Of a DNA stretch of 64,000 bases, positions 49,521-61,700 are shown one piece after another (the first letter of the stretch is position 1; each line of letters starts with the position of its first letter). The translations under genes and the position numbers were made by a program. Source of the DNA: Cyanophora paradoxa CCMP329 (lineage: Eukaryota; Plantae; Glaucophyta); assembly GCA_004431415.1 (NCBI GenBank), contig QPMI01000494.1:496001-560000 (forward strand), in the 5' to 3' direction. The notes under the pieces were generated by a model that worked only from the letters and a program-made list of their open reading frames with translations, was not told the DNA's origin and did no database searches.

Positions 49521-52500
49521 CGGAGGGCGGCGGGAGGGCGCCCCCGGCCCCCCCTCCCCCGCCCCCCAGCGCCTCCTCGTCCAGGGCCCAGTCCTACGAA
49601 CGCGCACGTCAGCTTTATAAATAAATAAATATGGAACCAAGGCGCTTAAATACAACGAAATATAGAAGCATCTTATATCAGGCGTTCCTATATCAGGGCC
49701 AAGCCCTACAAACGCGCACGTCAGCGCGCGGCCCGCGTCAGCACCCCTAGGCCTCCCTTAGTGAGCTTGGCGCCCTTGGCTGGCTTCTGGGCCTAAAAGC
49801 TCGAGCTTTGGCACGCGCAGGGAGCGCTGGCTAGCGGCCGGCGGCCTTCCTCGCTTAGAAGGCTTACAAGACCCAAAAGCTTGAGCTCCGGCGCGGTCTC
49901 GCGCCGCCGCAGCCGCGCCGCCTCCCGCCTAAAAGGCTTAGAAGGCCTAAAAGGCTCAAAAGAAGAAAGGCCTAGAAAGGCCTCGCTTGAAAGGCTTGAG
50001 ACCCAAAAGCGTACCTCGGCGGCGACAATGCGGGCCACGCGGCGCCGCAGCCGCGCCGCCTCCCGCCCCACCTGCCGCCCCCCGCTCAGCAAGGCGAGCG
50101 GCGCCCCAGCCTCTTAGGCGGCGGCCGCGGCGGCGATATCGATAGCCAGCCTTGATTAAGGCTTGAATCAAGGCTAGACTCGCCTAGGCCGGCGGGGGCC
50201 GAGGGGCCAGGGGGCGCACCCAGGCCTCCACGATGGCGTCGACGCGCCCGCGCGCCCCCAGCAGGTCCTCCTCCTGCCGCCAGCTCAGCGGGCGGCGCCC
50301 CGAGCTCACGGCGCGGCCCCAGATCCAAGGGGGCCGGCCGCAGGGCGCTGGGCCGCGCGAGCGCTTCTTCTATCTCACGCTTCCATATTAAGCTTTAAGC
50401 TTCGGTGCGATAGAAGCTTTAAGCTTTAAGTGGAAGCCCAGCTATTAAGCTTTAAGCTTCGGTGCGCTGGGCCCCGCGCGCGCGCGCGAGGTACGTCTAT
50501 CTAGATCTTAAGCTTCTATCCTCCCCTTCTATCCTCCACGCACCGGGGGGCCGTCGGGGCCCTCGAGGGCCTCGAGGAGGGACCCCAGCGCCCGCAGGAA
50601 CGGCGCCCCCAGCGCCCGCCTGCGACGCCCGCGGCGGCGGCGCCTCAGAGCGGGCGGGGCGGAGGCGGCCAGGGGGGGAGGGCTAGGGCGGGGGTCTATG
50701 GGCCAGCGCCCGCCTGCGACGGCCACGAGCGCTCTCAGTCGCCGAGTCGAGCGGTGAGGTCGCTTAAGCTTGGCGCTGGCACTGTGGGGCCGGAGCTAGA
50801 TCGGGCTGAAGATCGTTCAGTCTAGACGTATAATTAGGATTTGAGCGGGAGCTAGTTCGGGTGCGGCGGGGCGGGGCGGGGCGGGGCGGGGGCGGGGCGG
50901 GGCGGAGGGGGGGTAGGCGCACGCCGCCGAGGGGAGGCGGGGCAGATCCTCCTCCCCACTCCCCCCGCTCTCCTCCCCGCTCCCCTCCTCCAGCTCCGGC
51001 GGCGCTGCGGGTAGAAGAAGGTCAGGCGGGGCGGGCGGAGGAGGGAGAGAGGGGAGAAGGGGTAGAAGATCAAGCGGGGCGGGCGGAGGAGGGGGGGGGG
51101 GGTTACAGAGTTAGAAGATCAGGCGGGCGGGCGGAGGAGGGAGAGGGGGAAGAGAAAGTGAAAGATGGGAAGGGGGGGGGGGGGAAGCGGGCGCACCGTC
51201 GAGCGCGGCAACGACGTCGGCGCGCAGTGCTGCGGACGGACGCGCTTAGAACGAGGAGGAGGAGCGGCGAGATCCTAATAACAGGCGCGTTTCTCTTCGA
51301 GACGTTTCTTATATCGTCTTTGTGAGAGGCATTTGTTTTGTTAGACGCGGGCGGGGAACCGGGACCGCCGCACCGTCTGCGGCGCGGGCGCGCCAGGCGG
51401 CGAGGGGCCACTCGAGGCCGGCGGCGCCCAGTACCCCCGCGTACGACTCCTGCGGGCGAGCGAAGCGCAAGCTTAGGGGGCGGGGCTCGGCATGGGGGGT
51501 AGGGGGAGGAGGGGGCGTAGGGGAAGGCGGACCTCCGCGGTGCGGCCCTCGGCGACAGCGCGAGCGACCTGGAAGAGGCGGGGGGGGGGAGCGCTGTCAG
51601 GTGAGAGGGGGGGGAAGAGGCGGGGGGGGGTGGGGGGGGTGGGGGGGTGGGGGGGGGGGGGGGGGTGGGGGGGGGGGGGGGGGGGGCCTTGCGCCCCGCG
51701 CCTCGGCTTCCCCGAAGGAGGGGGCGCCCCGGGCCCGGAGGCCCTGGCCTTTTACCCCCTTTCTTAACCCCCCAAGCCCACCTCCCCCTACCCCCTACCC
51801 CTCCCCCCCCAAGCCCTCCCCTCCACCCCCCCTCCCCCGCCTCACCTGGGAGAGGGAAGCCGCCGAGAGGGGCCGCCGCAGGCCCGACGTGGCCCGCAGG
51901 TACCTGGGCGGGGCGAGGCGCAAAGCGTCAGCTGGAGCCCAAGTGAAGGCGAAGGCAAGAATGCTTAAGATAAGCCTAAAGAAAGGAAAGCTAAAAGATA
52001 AGCTTAATGGATACTGGGCAGGGCGGGGCGGGTCGGGGACGGGCGGGGCGGGGCGGGGCGGGGCCCTGGGGGCGTCAGCTGCAGGTCGCTGCAGGTGGTA
52101 CCGGTTTCCAGCAGGAGCGGCGGCGGCGAAAGGGGGATGGCGAGGCGGGGCGGACCACTCGGAAGTGGATAGGCGGACGAGGGTCCCCAGCTCCTTGCGC
52201 CACGCCGCGTCCGAGAGGCACGCGTCCCCGCCGTTCTGAGGGGGGAGCGTCAGCGATTCCAGTGATGATCACGACTCGGTGAGCTCAACAGGAGACTCCG
52301 ACAGCCTCCAAGACTCTCTCTAAGACTCCGAGGGGGAAAAGGCGGGCCTGGAGCGCGGGCTCTAAGCGAGATCCGCCCCAAATGTTCTTCGGGGCGCCTC
52401 CAGAAAGAACAGAGCAAAAGGCACCGAGGCGAGGGGGAGGAGGGCGCGGTAGGCGCGGAGGGCGGCGCGGAGGCGGCGGAGGCCGGCCGGCGTCGGCGCG

Positions 52501-54821
52501 AAGTGGAGGCGGTAGTCCGCCAGCCGCCGCCCGCACGACGCCGCCATCCTGCGCCGCTTAGCAGGGAGAGTATAGAAAGTAGGAGCAGCGCGCTGCGGGC
52601 TTGGGAGGAGCGAGGAGCGCGGAAGTGCGGAAATGCTAGCAGTCTAGCAAGCTCAGCCTAGACCTAGACGCTTTGGCCACGGGCGGCCGGCCGAGCGCGG
52701 AGGGAGCGCACTCGCTGGCGGAGCAAGCACAGCCTAGAAGCTTTAGCTGCGGGGGGTCTAGGCTGTGCTTGCTAGACTGCTAGTATTTCCTAGACCTAGA
52801 CTTGCTGCACAACCTAGACCTAGACAAGGCGGGGGGGAGGGGGGGGAAGGCGGGAGGGGGGTAGCGCACTCGCGGGCGGCGTCGCGCTCGATCGCGTCGA
52901 AGGGCGGCGGGCACGGGCCGCAGAGCAGCCGGGCCTCCAGGGCCCCGGGGAGGGCCGCCCCGGGGCCCCGCGGGTCCACCCGCCCGTCCGCCAGCCTCCC
53001 CAGCAGCGCCCGGGCGAGCCTGGGGGGAGGGGTTAGGGTGTGGGGGGGGGGAGGGGTAGGGGGGTAGGGGAGCTTACGCGAGGTGGCGGAGGCGGGGGGG
53101 TATGCCCCACGCGGCGGCGGCGGCCTCCACCGCCTCCTTGGCCCCCCGGGGGAGGGCGAGCGGGCCGTACCCCCCCTGCCCCTCCCCCTCCCCCTCGGGC
53201 GGCTCTTCCCCCCCCTCCTCGTCGGTCTCGGCCCCCCCGGAGGGGGAGGGCGGCTCCGGGGCGGGGAGGCAGGCCGCGAGGAGGGTACCGAATTGCCTCC
53301 AGCGCGTGCGGGGCCCATGGGGCGCCCCGAGCGGATCCTGCGAACGAAGTGGTCGGAGGAGGGGGGCAGGGGGGTACATGCTGGAAGGGAGGGGGGGCGT
53401 ACCCGGACCGGGCCGAGGGCGGCGAGGAGGGGTAGGAGGGGGAACCGAAGGGCGCGGTCGAGGGCGCGGCGGTACCCCTCCGGCCTCATCTCTGCCCGGG
53501 CCGTCAGCGAGAGCAGAGCCGGGGGGCGGATCGCGGGGCCGGGGTACCCTCTGGCCGACGAAGAGAAAAGACCTGCGTAAGAAGTGGAAAGAGGATTAGA
53601 GCGAATCATAGATAGCGTTGGCCTCGCCCCGCATTAGCTTGGTCCGACCCGGCGCGGCCGCCCTCGGCCCGCGGCGAGGCCTAGCCACCGTCGGCCCGCG
53701 GCCCGCGGCTCGGTCATTAAGCACGGGGGTACCGCGCACGCACGTGCTCTAGTCCAAGGTCCAGGAGCCGCTCCCGCGCCGCCGCAAGCGCCGCCTCCCG
53801 GCCCATCTGGCCCGGCCCGGGAGAACATAAGGAAGAAAACAAAAAGGAAACGAAAGGAGGCAAAGGCGCGAGCCTGGGCGCCGTCGACGTCCAGCGGCTC
53901 GGGCGAGTCCCGCAGCAGCTCCGCGAGGCTCGCGAGGGCGGCGCCGGCGCGCCGCCGGTAGAACGCCTGGAGCTCCGCTATGTCGCCCCCGAAGAATTGA
54001 TCCGCCCGCAGGCCGGCCGCACGCAGGGCCGCCAGCTCGTACCTGCGATCGAATCTGAGCTCGAGCGGAGTTGGAATTGATCCGCGCCGCGGCGGGGCGC
54101 ACGCGATGGAGCCCGGGCGGGCGGTCTCCGGGGCCCGGCGCTGCGGGGGATCCTCGGCCAGGGCGGTCGTGCTGTAGCGCGCGGCTCCGAGATCGTGGTC
54201 CGTGCCCAGCCGCGCCGCCGCCGCCAGGTGCCGGAAGCGGCGGCCGGAGATGCCGAGCGCGACGCGGAGCGAGGCCACGGGGCCTGCGTCCTTGTTCACC
54301 TCGGCGCTCTCCTGCATGCTCAGCAGCATCTCGAAGGCAGCTATCTGCGGCGCGACAAGCAGTCAGCGGCGCTCATCCGGTTGGTGGTCCACGTATGCGA
54401 ACATGGGCCGACCTGCCAGTCCTCGTCGCTGAGCGCCAGCTCGTCTGCTTCCTGGGCGCGTGCCTCTGCGCAGGCGTATCGTACGCGGACGTGCAAGCGC
54501 GGAGCAAGCGACCGGGGAAGCGCTAGGAACAAATGTGGGTCTCGGGCGCGCGCCGGTGTCCATCGGCGCACCAGGTGGCGGGGCCGCCGAATACGCGCCC
54601 CGCGCCATCGTTGGAGAGCTTGCGGGGCGCAAAACCAGCAAATTTGGGGGAGGGACAAATCACGCCTGGGTACCGTAACGCAAGCCAACAGCTGGTCCGA
54701 TGGCGGGCCCCGGCGACTACTGGAGCGTGGAGAACCATGCAAACATCGCGCACGCAGCGCTTAGCTAGCCTGCAAGTTGTAGAACCGACGGGCTAGGCGG
54801 GGAAGTTGCCCGCCCGTAAAG

Positions 54822-57800
54822 ATGGCGCCGGCGGACTCAGCGCAAGCGCTCGGCCCTACTTACAAGCTGGTGCTCGGCTCGATGATCTTCGTGCTGACAT
54901 GGTGCGGCGATGATGACGTGCCATGTCCGCGCTGTCGTGCCGTCACGTCGGCTCGCGAGCCTCGCTCACTCGCGCTCACCTCCCCCGCGCAAGGCTCCTC
55001 ATCACGGCGAATAGAGTGCCCTTCCTGCCCATCGGGAGGCCTGCCGGAGCTCTGCTGGGTAAGCGAGCGAGGTTCGCGCGGTTCCGGTTCGAGCTTCGAC
55101 CTGAGCGAAGCGCAGGCGCGTTACTGATGGTCGTATGTGCGATAATTTCAGTCGAAGAGGCATACTCCGCCGTCGACGGGTCCGCGCGCCGCCTTTCGGT
55201 GTCGTTCTCCGCGCCACCGCCGGCGCCGACGCCGACGACGACGACTCCCGTGCGGCGCAGGAACACAATTGCTCTGCTCTTCGGCATGATGGCGCGTATC
55301 GGCAGACTGCTTAGCTTCAGACTGCTTCTTTCCGTACCAGCCCGCCCGCCCGCTCGAATCGAATTCGATCGCAGGTGATAACGGCGCGGCTGGAGAAGGA
55401 GGGCCTCTTCGAGTACCTCGCGCACCACATGCTGCGCGGCTGCTTGAACGGCTGGACCCTGCTCTGGCGCATCTCCCTCGCCGCCGCCTTCCTCGGTACC
55501 CCCCGCCCCGCAGCTGCCCCCCGCCCTGGTCGCGCCTGTACCCCCTCACCGTGGCACGCCCCCCCGCAGCTGCCTTCCTTACGAACGACACCGTGAGTGC
55601 CCGTACGCACCCCCGCGTTGCGCGCCGCCGACCCGGCGCCACAGACATGCGTCTTTATGACTCCGATGGTCGTTGCGGGTACGCGCGCGTACGCCCTCCG
55701 CTCGCCCGGCCTGCACCTGATTGCACCCCCCACAGCCTGCAAAATGGCCAAGGTCCGGTGGCCTGCACACCCCCCGCTCCTGCCTGAGCTTACTGTAGTA
55801 CCCCTCTAGGTCCCTATGGGCCCCTTCCTCATTTGCCTCGCTACGTCTGCCAACATCGGATCCGCCTGCACGGTCCGCGCGCTGCGTACCCCTCATGTCC
55901 TTCTCTTTCGAGTTCTGACTGGCCCGCCCCCAGCCCACTGGAAACCCGCAGAACATGTCCGCCCGCGCACCCGGCCCGAATCTGCGTACCCCCGGCGGCC
56001 TTGACCGCCCTTCCAGGATCATCCACTCGTTCTCTGGGCTTCCTTTCCTCGGATTTGTGTCCCGGATCGGCCTCGCCACCCTCCTCGGCCTCTCCGTTCG
56101 CGTACCCCCACCCCGCGGCGGATTCGATCCGGCCTGCGACGATTCCGCCCCCGCCCCCCCCCCCCCCCTCCTTCGCCAGGTCAACCTCGCGGTCCTTTTC
56201 CTTACTTACCGGTACCCCCTACCGATTCTCTCTCTCTCTCCCCCCCCCCCCTTAGGTCTTTTTCTCACCTTCGGGGCCCACAGGGAGGTGCTCTTGAGGC
56301 CCTTCGCCGCCGGGGTACGTTCCGCGTCGCTTCCTACGGGGGTACACGCCTTTTCGCCCTTGGTCCCGCCTCATCGCCGGGCGGCAGAGGGGCGGACCCG
56401 CAGAGCCGCTGCGCGGGCGACGCGGAAAGCTCCTCGACGAGGCGCGTACTGCGTACCCCTCCCCGCCCTTCCTCCTGTACCCTCCTTCCCCCGTTCCCCC
56501 GACGCGATGGCGCAGAACGGAATGTTCGAGTATCAGACGCACGGACCGGCGGCTGCGGCTGCGGCGGCGGCTGCGGCAGCGGCGGGCGGGGCGGCGGGCG
56601 GGGCGGCGGGGGTCCCGCGCATCGATATTGACGTCGAAGCGCTGGAGGGCGGCGCCGGGCCGCAGGAGCCCACCAAGGAAAGCGGGGCTGAGCTTGGGGA
56701 GAGGGGCGGTGTGGGCCTCGCCCCGCCGGCCTCCCCCGCCCCCCCCACATCGCCGGCGGTACCCCCCGTGCTCTCGACCATCGAGCTCCTGCGCGCCACG
56801 CCGCGGCCCGTCCTCCTGCGCCGCTGCGCCATCACTCTCGTGCGCCATACCCCCCCCCGCCCCGGCCCCCCCCCCCCCCAGACCAACCCGGACGCGGGGT
56901 AGATCATCCTCGGGGTAGTGGTTGCGTTCCTGGCGGGTGCGCATCTCTCCTGGACTGCCATCGCGGGGGGTACGCTGTCATCCGTCCCCGTCCTGTACCC
57001 CCCATTTGCTTCGGGCTCATTCCCGTACCCCCCAGCCTGGGCCCTCATCGTTTTGGATTTTCGGGACCCCGCACCCCTCTTCGAGCTCGTGGACTGGCCC
57101 GTACCCCCCTCCCTCCCCCCCTCCCGGCGCCCATCCCCGGTCCAGTTACTCCCCGATCTGACGACAGGTCTCTCCTCATGTTCTTCTGCGGACTCTTTAT
57201 CGTGGTGCGCGCCGCTTTTCTGTACCCTTCTCCCCCGCCTCCAGCCCCTCTAAGCCCAAGCCGGGTACAGGTGCGCGGCTTCAGCGCGACGGGCATCCCA
57301 GTCGCCGTGTGGGACTACCTTCTACCCCTCGTCTCCCTCAGGCCCGTCTTCCCCCCCCCCCTCCCCTCCCCGGTCCGTCTTCCTTATCCCTCACACTTCT
57401 ATTCATGTACCCCTGCAGCACTGCTCGGGGCCTCTTTTTCTACACTCTCATCCTTCTCGTGGTCTGCTGCTTTTGTACCCCCCTCGCGCCCCTATCCTTC
57501 GCACCGTACCCCCTGGCCTGACCTCAGCCTTCCTTTTTTCGCCGCAGGCGTCAAACGTCGTCTCGAACGTGCCGACCGTCCTCATTGTCGCTCCTCTCAT
57601 GTCCTCCTTCCAGGCGACCCCGTACCCCCCTGTTCCGATGTACCCCCCTCGTGCTCACGCACTCGTCCCCTCCCTGCAGGAGTATGCCGCGCGCGGGTGG
57701 TACCAGATGGCGTTTATCACGGTACCCTGCTGCGCCCTCTGCGGGCTGGCATCGATCCAACCCTACCCCCCCCCCCCCACAGACAGTCGCTGGGAACTTC

Positions 57801-58108
57801 ACTTTAATCGGTGAGCGCGAAACCGAACGGCCATCTCCTGTACCCCCCGCCCTCTCTCCCCCCACGCCCCCTTCTGCCCCAGCTCCTGTACCCCCGCCTT
57901 ACCCCCAACAGGCTCCGTGGCGAACATCATCGTCGCACAGCGCGCGAAGGACGACTACGTCCTCGGGTTCTGGTACCCCCTCCCCTCCCCCCTCCCCCCT
58001 CCCCCCCCCCCCTAACGCGCGCCCGGAAGGGAGTACCTGCGGGTGGGGCTCCCCTCGACGGCCCTGGCGCTACTCCTTGGCGTCATGGCTATCTCTCTGG
58101 TCACGTAG
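54822..58108 (+). CDS. Host Lsi2/ArsB-CitMHS (ion-transporter superfamily) membrane transporter, multi-exon
   Basis: Exons encode KLVLGSMIFVLTW, VPFLPIGRPAGALLG, IISVEEAYSAVD, AFLTNDT, LATSANIGSA, NPQNM, SNVVSNVPTVL and TVAGNFTLIG...SVANIIVA, as in the plant silicon-efflux transporter Lsi2 family. Confidence 0.85.
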
Positions 58109-58779
58109 CGGCCGGGGGCCGGCCTGGCCGGGGGGGCCGACACCGACCCACTGGCGCGGCCGAGCCGCTGGGCCGCTGACCATGACCGAGATTGGAAGAG
58201 GGAAGTCAAGTTAGATGTATGTTTTCTCGCAACAAGATTGTTTTAAGTATAGATATACGCAAACAAAGTCGCTCGTACAGAGTGGTGAAGTGTGTTTCAA
58301 TCAGATGTGTTACCATTGCAATTGGCAAGGTTTAATTCACCTCGACTTTCTCACGTGCACTTCGGAAGCTCTTCAGTTTCGAAGTGCTCTTCGAAGTGCT
58401 GAGGCCGGGCCCCCGAACCCTGGCAGGCTGCAACTGCAGCTGACCCCGCCTCAAGATAAGCCACTTCCCCCCCCCCCCCCCCCCCCCCCCTCCCTCCCTC
58501 TCGCGCGCCCGGCCCGGCTGGCCGGCGCGCGCAGCTCTGTGCTAGCCTCGCCCACCTCCGCCTCCGGTCCACCTCCGCCTCCGCCCCCGACCCCGGCCCC
58601 AGCCTGGCTTCACAGCCCGCCGCGCCTCTAGATCTGTAGCTAGATCTAGACGTAGGGACCCGGCGGCTCCCGGAGTCCGTCGACGTCTAGGTATCAAGAT
58701 CGAGGAATTCGAAGCTGACTTTAATCTGTAACCAACAAACATATATATGATTACATACATGATCAAACTCATGAACTAC

Positions 58780-61700
58780 CGCTTCAAATCGCGAGCTACG
58801 GATCCTCCAAAAACAGTGCGGAGGGAATACACGATTCCAAAGGAGTCACCGATGGCCACACGGTCTCCGTACGTGTCCAGCGCGCCCACGCCCGCTCGCG
58901 CCTCGAACGCGCCGATTCTGGTCCCTTTGTCGTTGTCATCGTGCGTCTGGGGGGAGGACGCGCGCCACGCACGGCTGTTAGCCAGAAATGGCCAGGACCG
59001 ATGCGGATATATTGAGAGCTCAGATTTGATCTCCAAAAATGCGCACAGAAACCAGCTTTCCGACGGCGACGACGATGCGTGGTACGGAAGACGGGGAGCC
59101 TGCTGCAGCCGCCGCACTTTGCTGATACCATACACATGCTTTAACCTTGACAGCTGGCCCACCGGTACCGGGCCTTTCTTCCTGCAATCCGAGCTCCAGA
59201 ACCTGCACATGCACACCAACAGAATAAAGATCTTGAGCCAAACGCAAGAATTGATCTAGAGGTAGACGCCGCAGCTAAAGCGGATGCAGCAACTAAATTT
59301 CATCGGGCGCATGGATAACATATACCTTGAACTCTTGGATTTTCGCGAGGGTCGCAAGGTTAAAGATGGAGACGAAGGGCGAATCCTCGAAACAGGCCAG
59401 CAAGCGGCCGGTATCGGGCTGGCCGGGAGTCTCGCTGACGCTAACCGATCGAATTTTGTGGATTCCGAGCTCTTTAGATATCAATGGAGTTTCGTAGGAT
59501 TTTCTTCCAATATCGAAGATCTGAATTTCGTGTGTAAGTCCTGCTGCAGCATCCGGATCCACCTAGGCCTGACAGGTCTAGATGATAGGTCTAGATCTAG
59601 ATGTTTAAATAAGCGAAAATGCATGGCTCGAACGAACCTTGACTGTGGAGCCGCAGACGGCAAGGAGGCGAGCTCCATCGCATGTGTAGGCGAGCGCAGT
59701 GACATTGGGGGCGAGGTTTCTGATCACCTGCACTTGCCGCGGGGCGAGCGGCAGACTTTTCGCGGATCTCTTCGAATTCGGGTTCGGATTCTGGCTCGCG
59801 GTGCCTGTGCGTACTGCCTCGATCGCCCAGACTCGCACCGTCTTGTCCTCGCTTCCGGTGGCTAGGTGGCGGCCGCCGGGAGCCCAGCAGACAGCGTGGA
59901 TGATCCCGTCGTGCCCCTCGACGGTGCCGAGGTGCTCGAAGTCGCCCCCTGCTCGCCAGAGGCGGACAGTGCGGTCCCACGAGCCCGACGCGATGACGCT
60001 GCAGTCCGGCGATATCGCAACCTTCGCGTGGACGTGTGAATTCGAAGTCGTCAGACACTGATTTTGCAATCGCGCCGAGCTCAAGGCTGCAGAACGTGTG
60101 CACGCACAGCGCGAACGATGCCGCCGTGCCCTCGTAGGGTGGCCAGCCAACGGCCCTCCGCGCTCCACACCCGCACGGAGCAGTCGCGGGATCCCGTCGC
60201 GAACCACTCTCCGCTGCTTGCCCACTTGACGCACATCACGCTCGCCTTGTGTGCATGCGACGCGTTTCGGTCGCTGCGCTGCCGCGCCGGCGCCACCAGC
60301 TGCAGCGAGCCTGGTGCAGCGCGTACGTAGTATATATGAGCGTCATGTTCTTTAGGTCGATATTAATATTGGCTTCGGAAACGCACGACTGCGAGGCGCT
60401 TCAGACTCAAATTCCTGCAACTCCGAAAGGAGCGAGCCTGCCGACGATCCGCTATCTGATCGCCTGTGCCGCGTCGACGTCGATATCGATTCCAAGGCTT
60501 GCGCGCCCGCTTTGGGGTTCTTCGATTCCCGCGCCATGCGCTCCACAGCGTGATCGATGGCTCGCCCCACATCCCAAATCTGGTCGCGAGTTTCAGTTAG
60601 ACGTGCGAATTGAATCTGAATTAATTTGATTTCGGCACCTTAACTGTGCGGTCGTCGGAGACGGTGACGAGGAGGCGCTGTCCCGCGAAGCGAACCTGCC
60701 GCACGTCCCGCGCGTGCCCGCGCAGCGTCTCGACCAGCTCGTACGATCTGCCGCCCGGCCCGGTGATGATGAGCGAAGCCCAAGCAAAGCAATCGCATCT
60801 GTTAATCAATTTGTAGCAAACGAGTGCAGCGCACTCAGCGTTCCAGAGTTTGACGTCGTTATCGGCAGAACCCGACGCGATCCAACGCCCGTCCGGAGAC
60901 AAGTCAACCGCATTGACGGCCTTCCGGTGCCCCCGCAAGGTCGCAACGGAGCGACCAGATTTGATGTTCCACACGCGCAGAGTCTTGTCCGTCGAAGCTG
61001 ACACGAGGTACGTGGGGGGCGTGCCTGGTTGAAAGGCAGCGGCGCGGAGTGCCCCCTCGTGGCCCTGCAGAGTAGCCACCTCCGACTGGCTCTGGTGATC
61101 CCAGAGCTGAGTTTGTGTTAGCCGCGGCCTCGTCAAGAGCCTGGATCGGAGAGATCTTGAAATATATATATTTACCTTCAAGGTCTCGTCGTCCGAGCCG
61201 CTGCATATGGTTGTCCCATCAGAGCTATATGCCACATTCCGGCACCAGTCGAGATGGCCTTGCAGTGTCGCCTGCTTCTCCCACGTCTTTGTGGACCACA
61301 AGATGACCGTCCGATCCTGCGCCATACGCGTTCGTGATCGTGATCATGAGCCTCATTTGACCATTCTATCAGTCATGATCATATATACCTCGCTAGCCGA
61401 AGCGAGCTGCTGGGCGTCGGGGCTAAACTGAACGCCCCACACGACGTCCTTGTGCAACTCGAGCCGTGCCAGCAGCTTCAGCGTCGACGCATCCCATACC
61501 TTCACCGTCTTGTCCTGCGAGCCCGTGCAGAAGAACCGACCTCCCGGAATCTTCGGAACAGCCGGTGCCCACGCGGCACAGCGAACGCTGCGCTCGTGGG
61601 AAATTTCGCATGGAATTTCCTGTCCGGTTGCCACGGTCCATAGCTTGGCAGAGCCATCCCACGACGTTGAAACAAGCCGGGATCCATCAGGAGAAACGGC

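Noticed and set aside
51600-51690. Long G runs (also 39929-39954, 47913-47935) as telomere-like or G4 elements
   Set aside because: They mirror the poly-C tracts common in host introns, and run lengths are unreliable in long-read assemblies.
45900-53650. TA-enriched, degenerate-looking region as RIP-like hypermutation or a decayed gene cluster
   Set aside because: An impression only; it needs dinucleotide statistics and an unmutated paralog, and no protein family was recognised.
34514-58700. Hundreds of short Arg/Pro/Gly/Ala-rich ORFs in the ORF track
   Set aside because: Expected from very high GC and few stop codons; the real genes here are spliced, and only motif-supported ones were reported.
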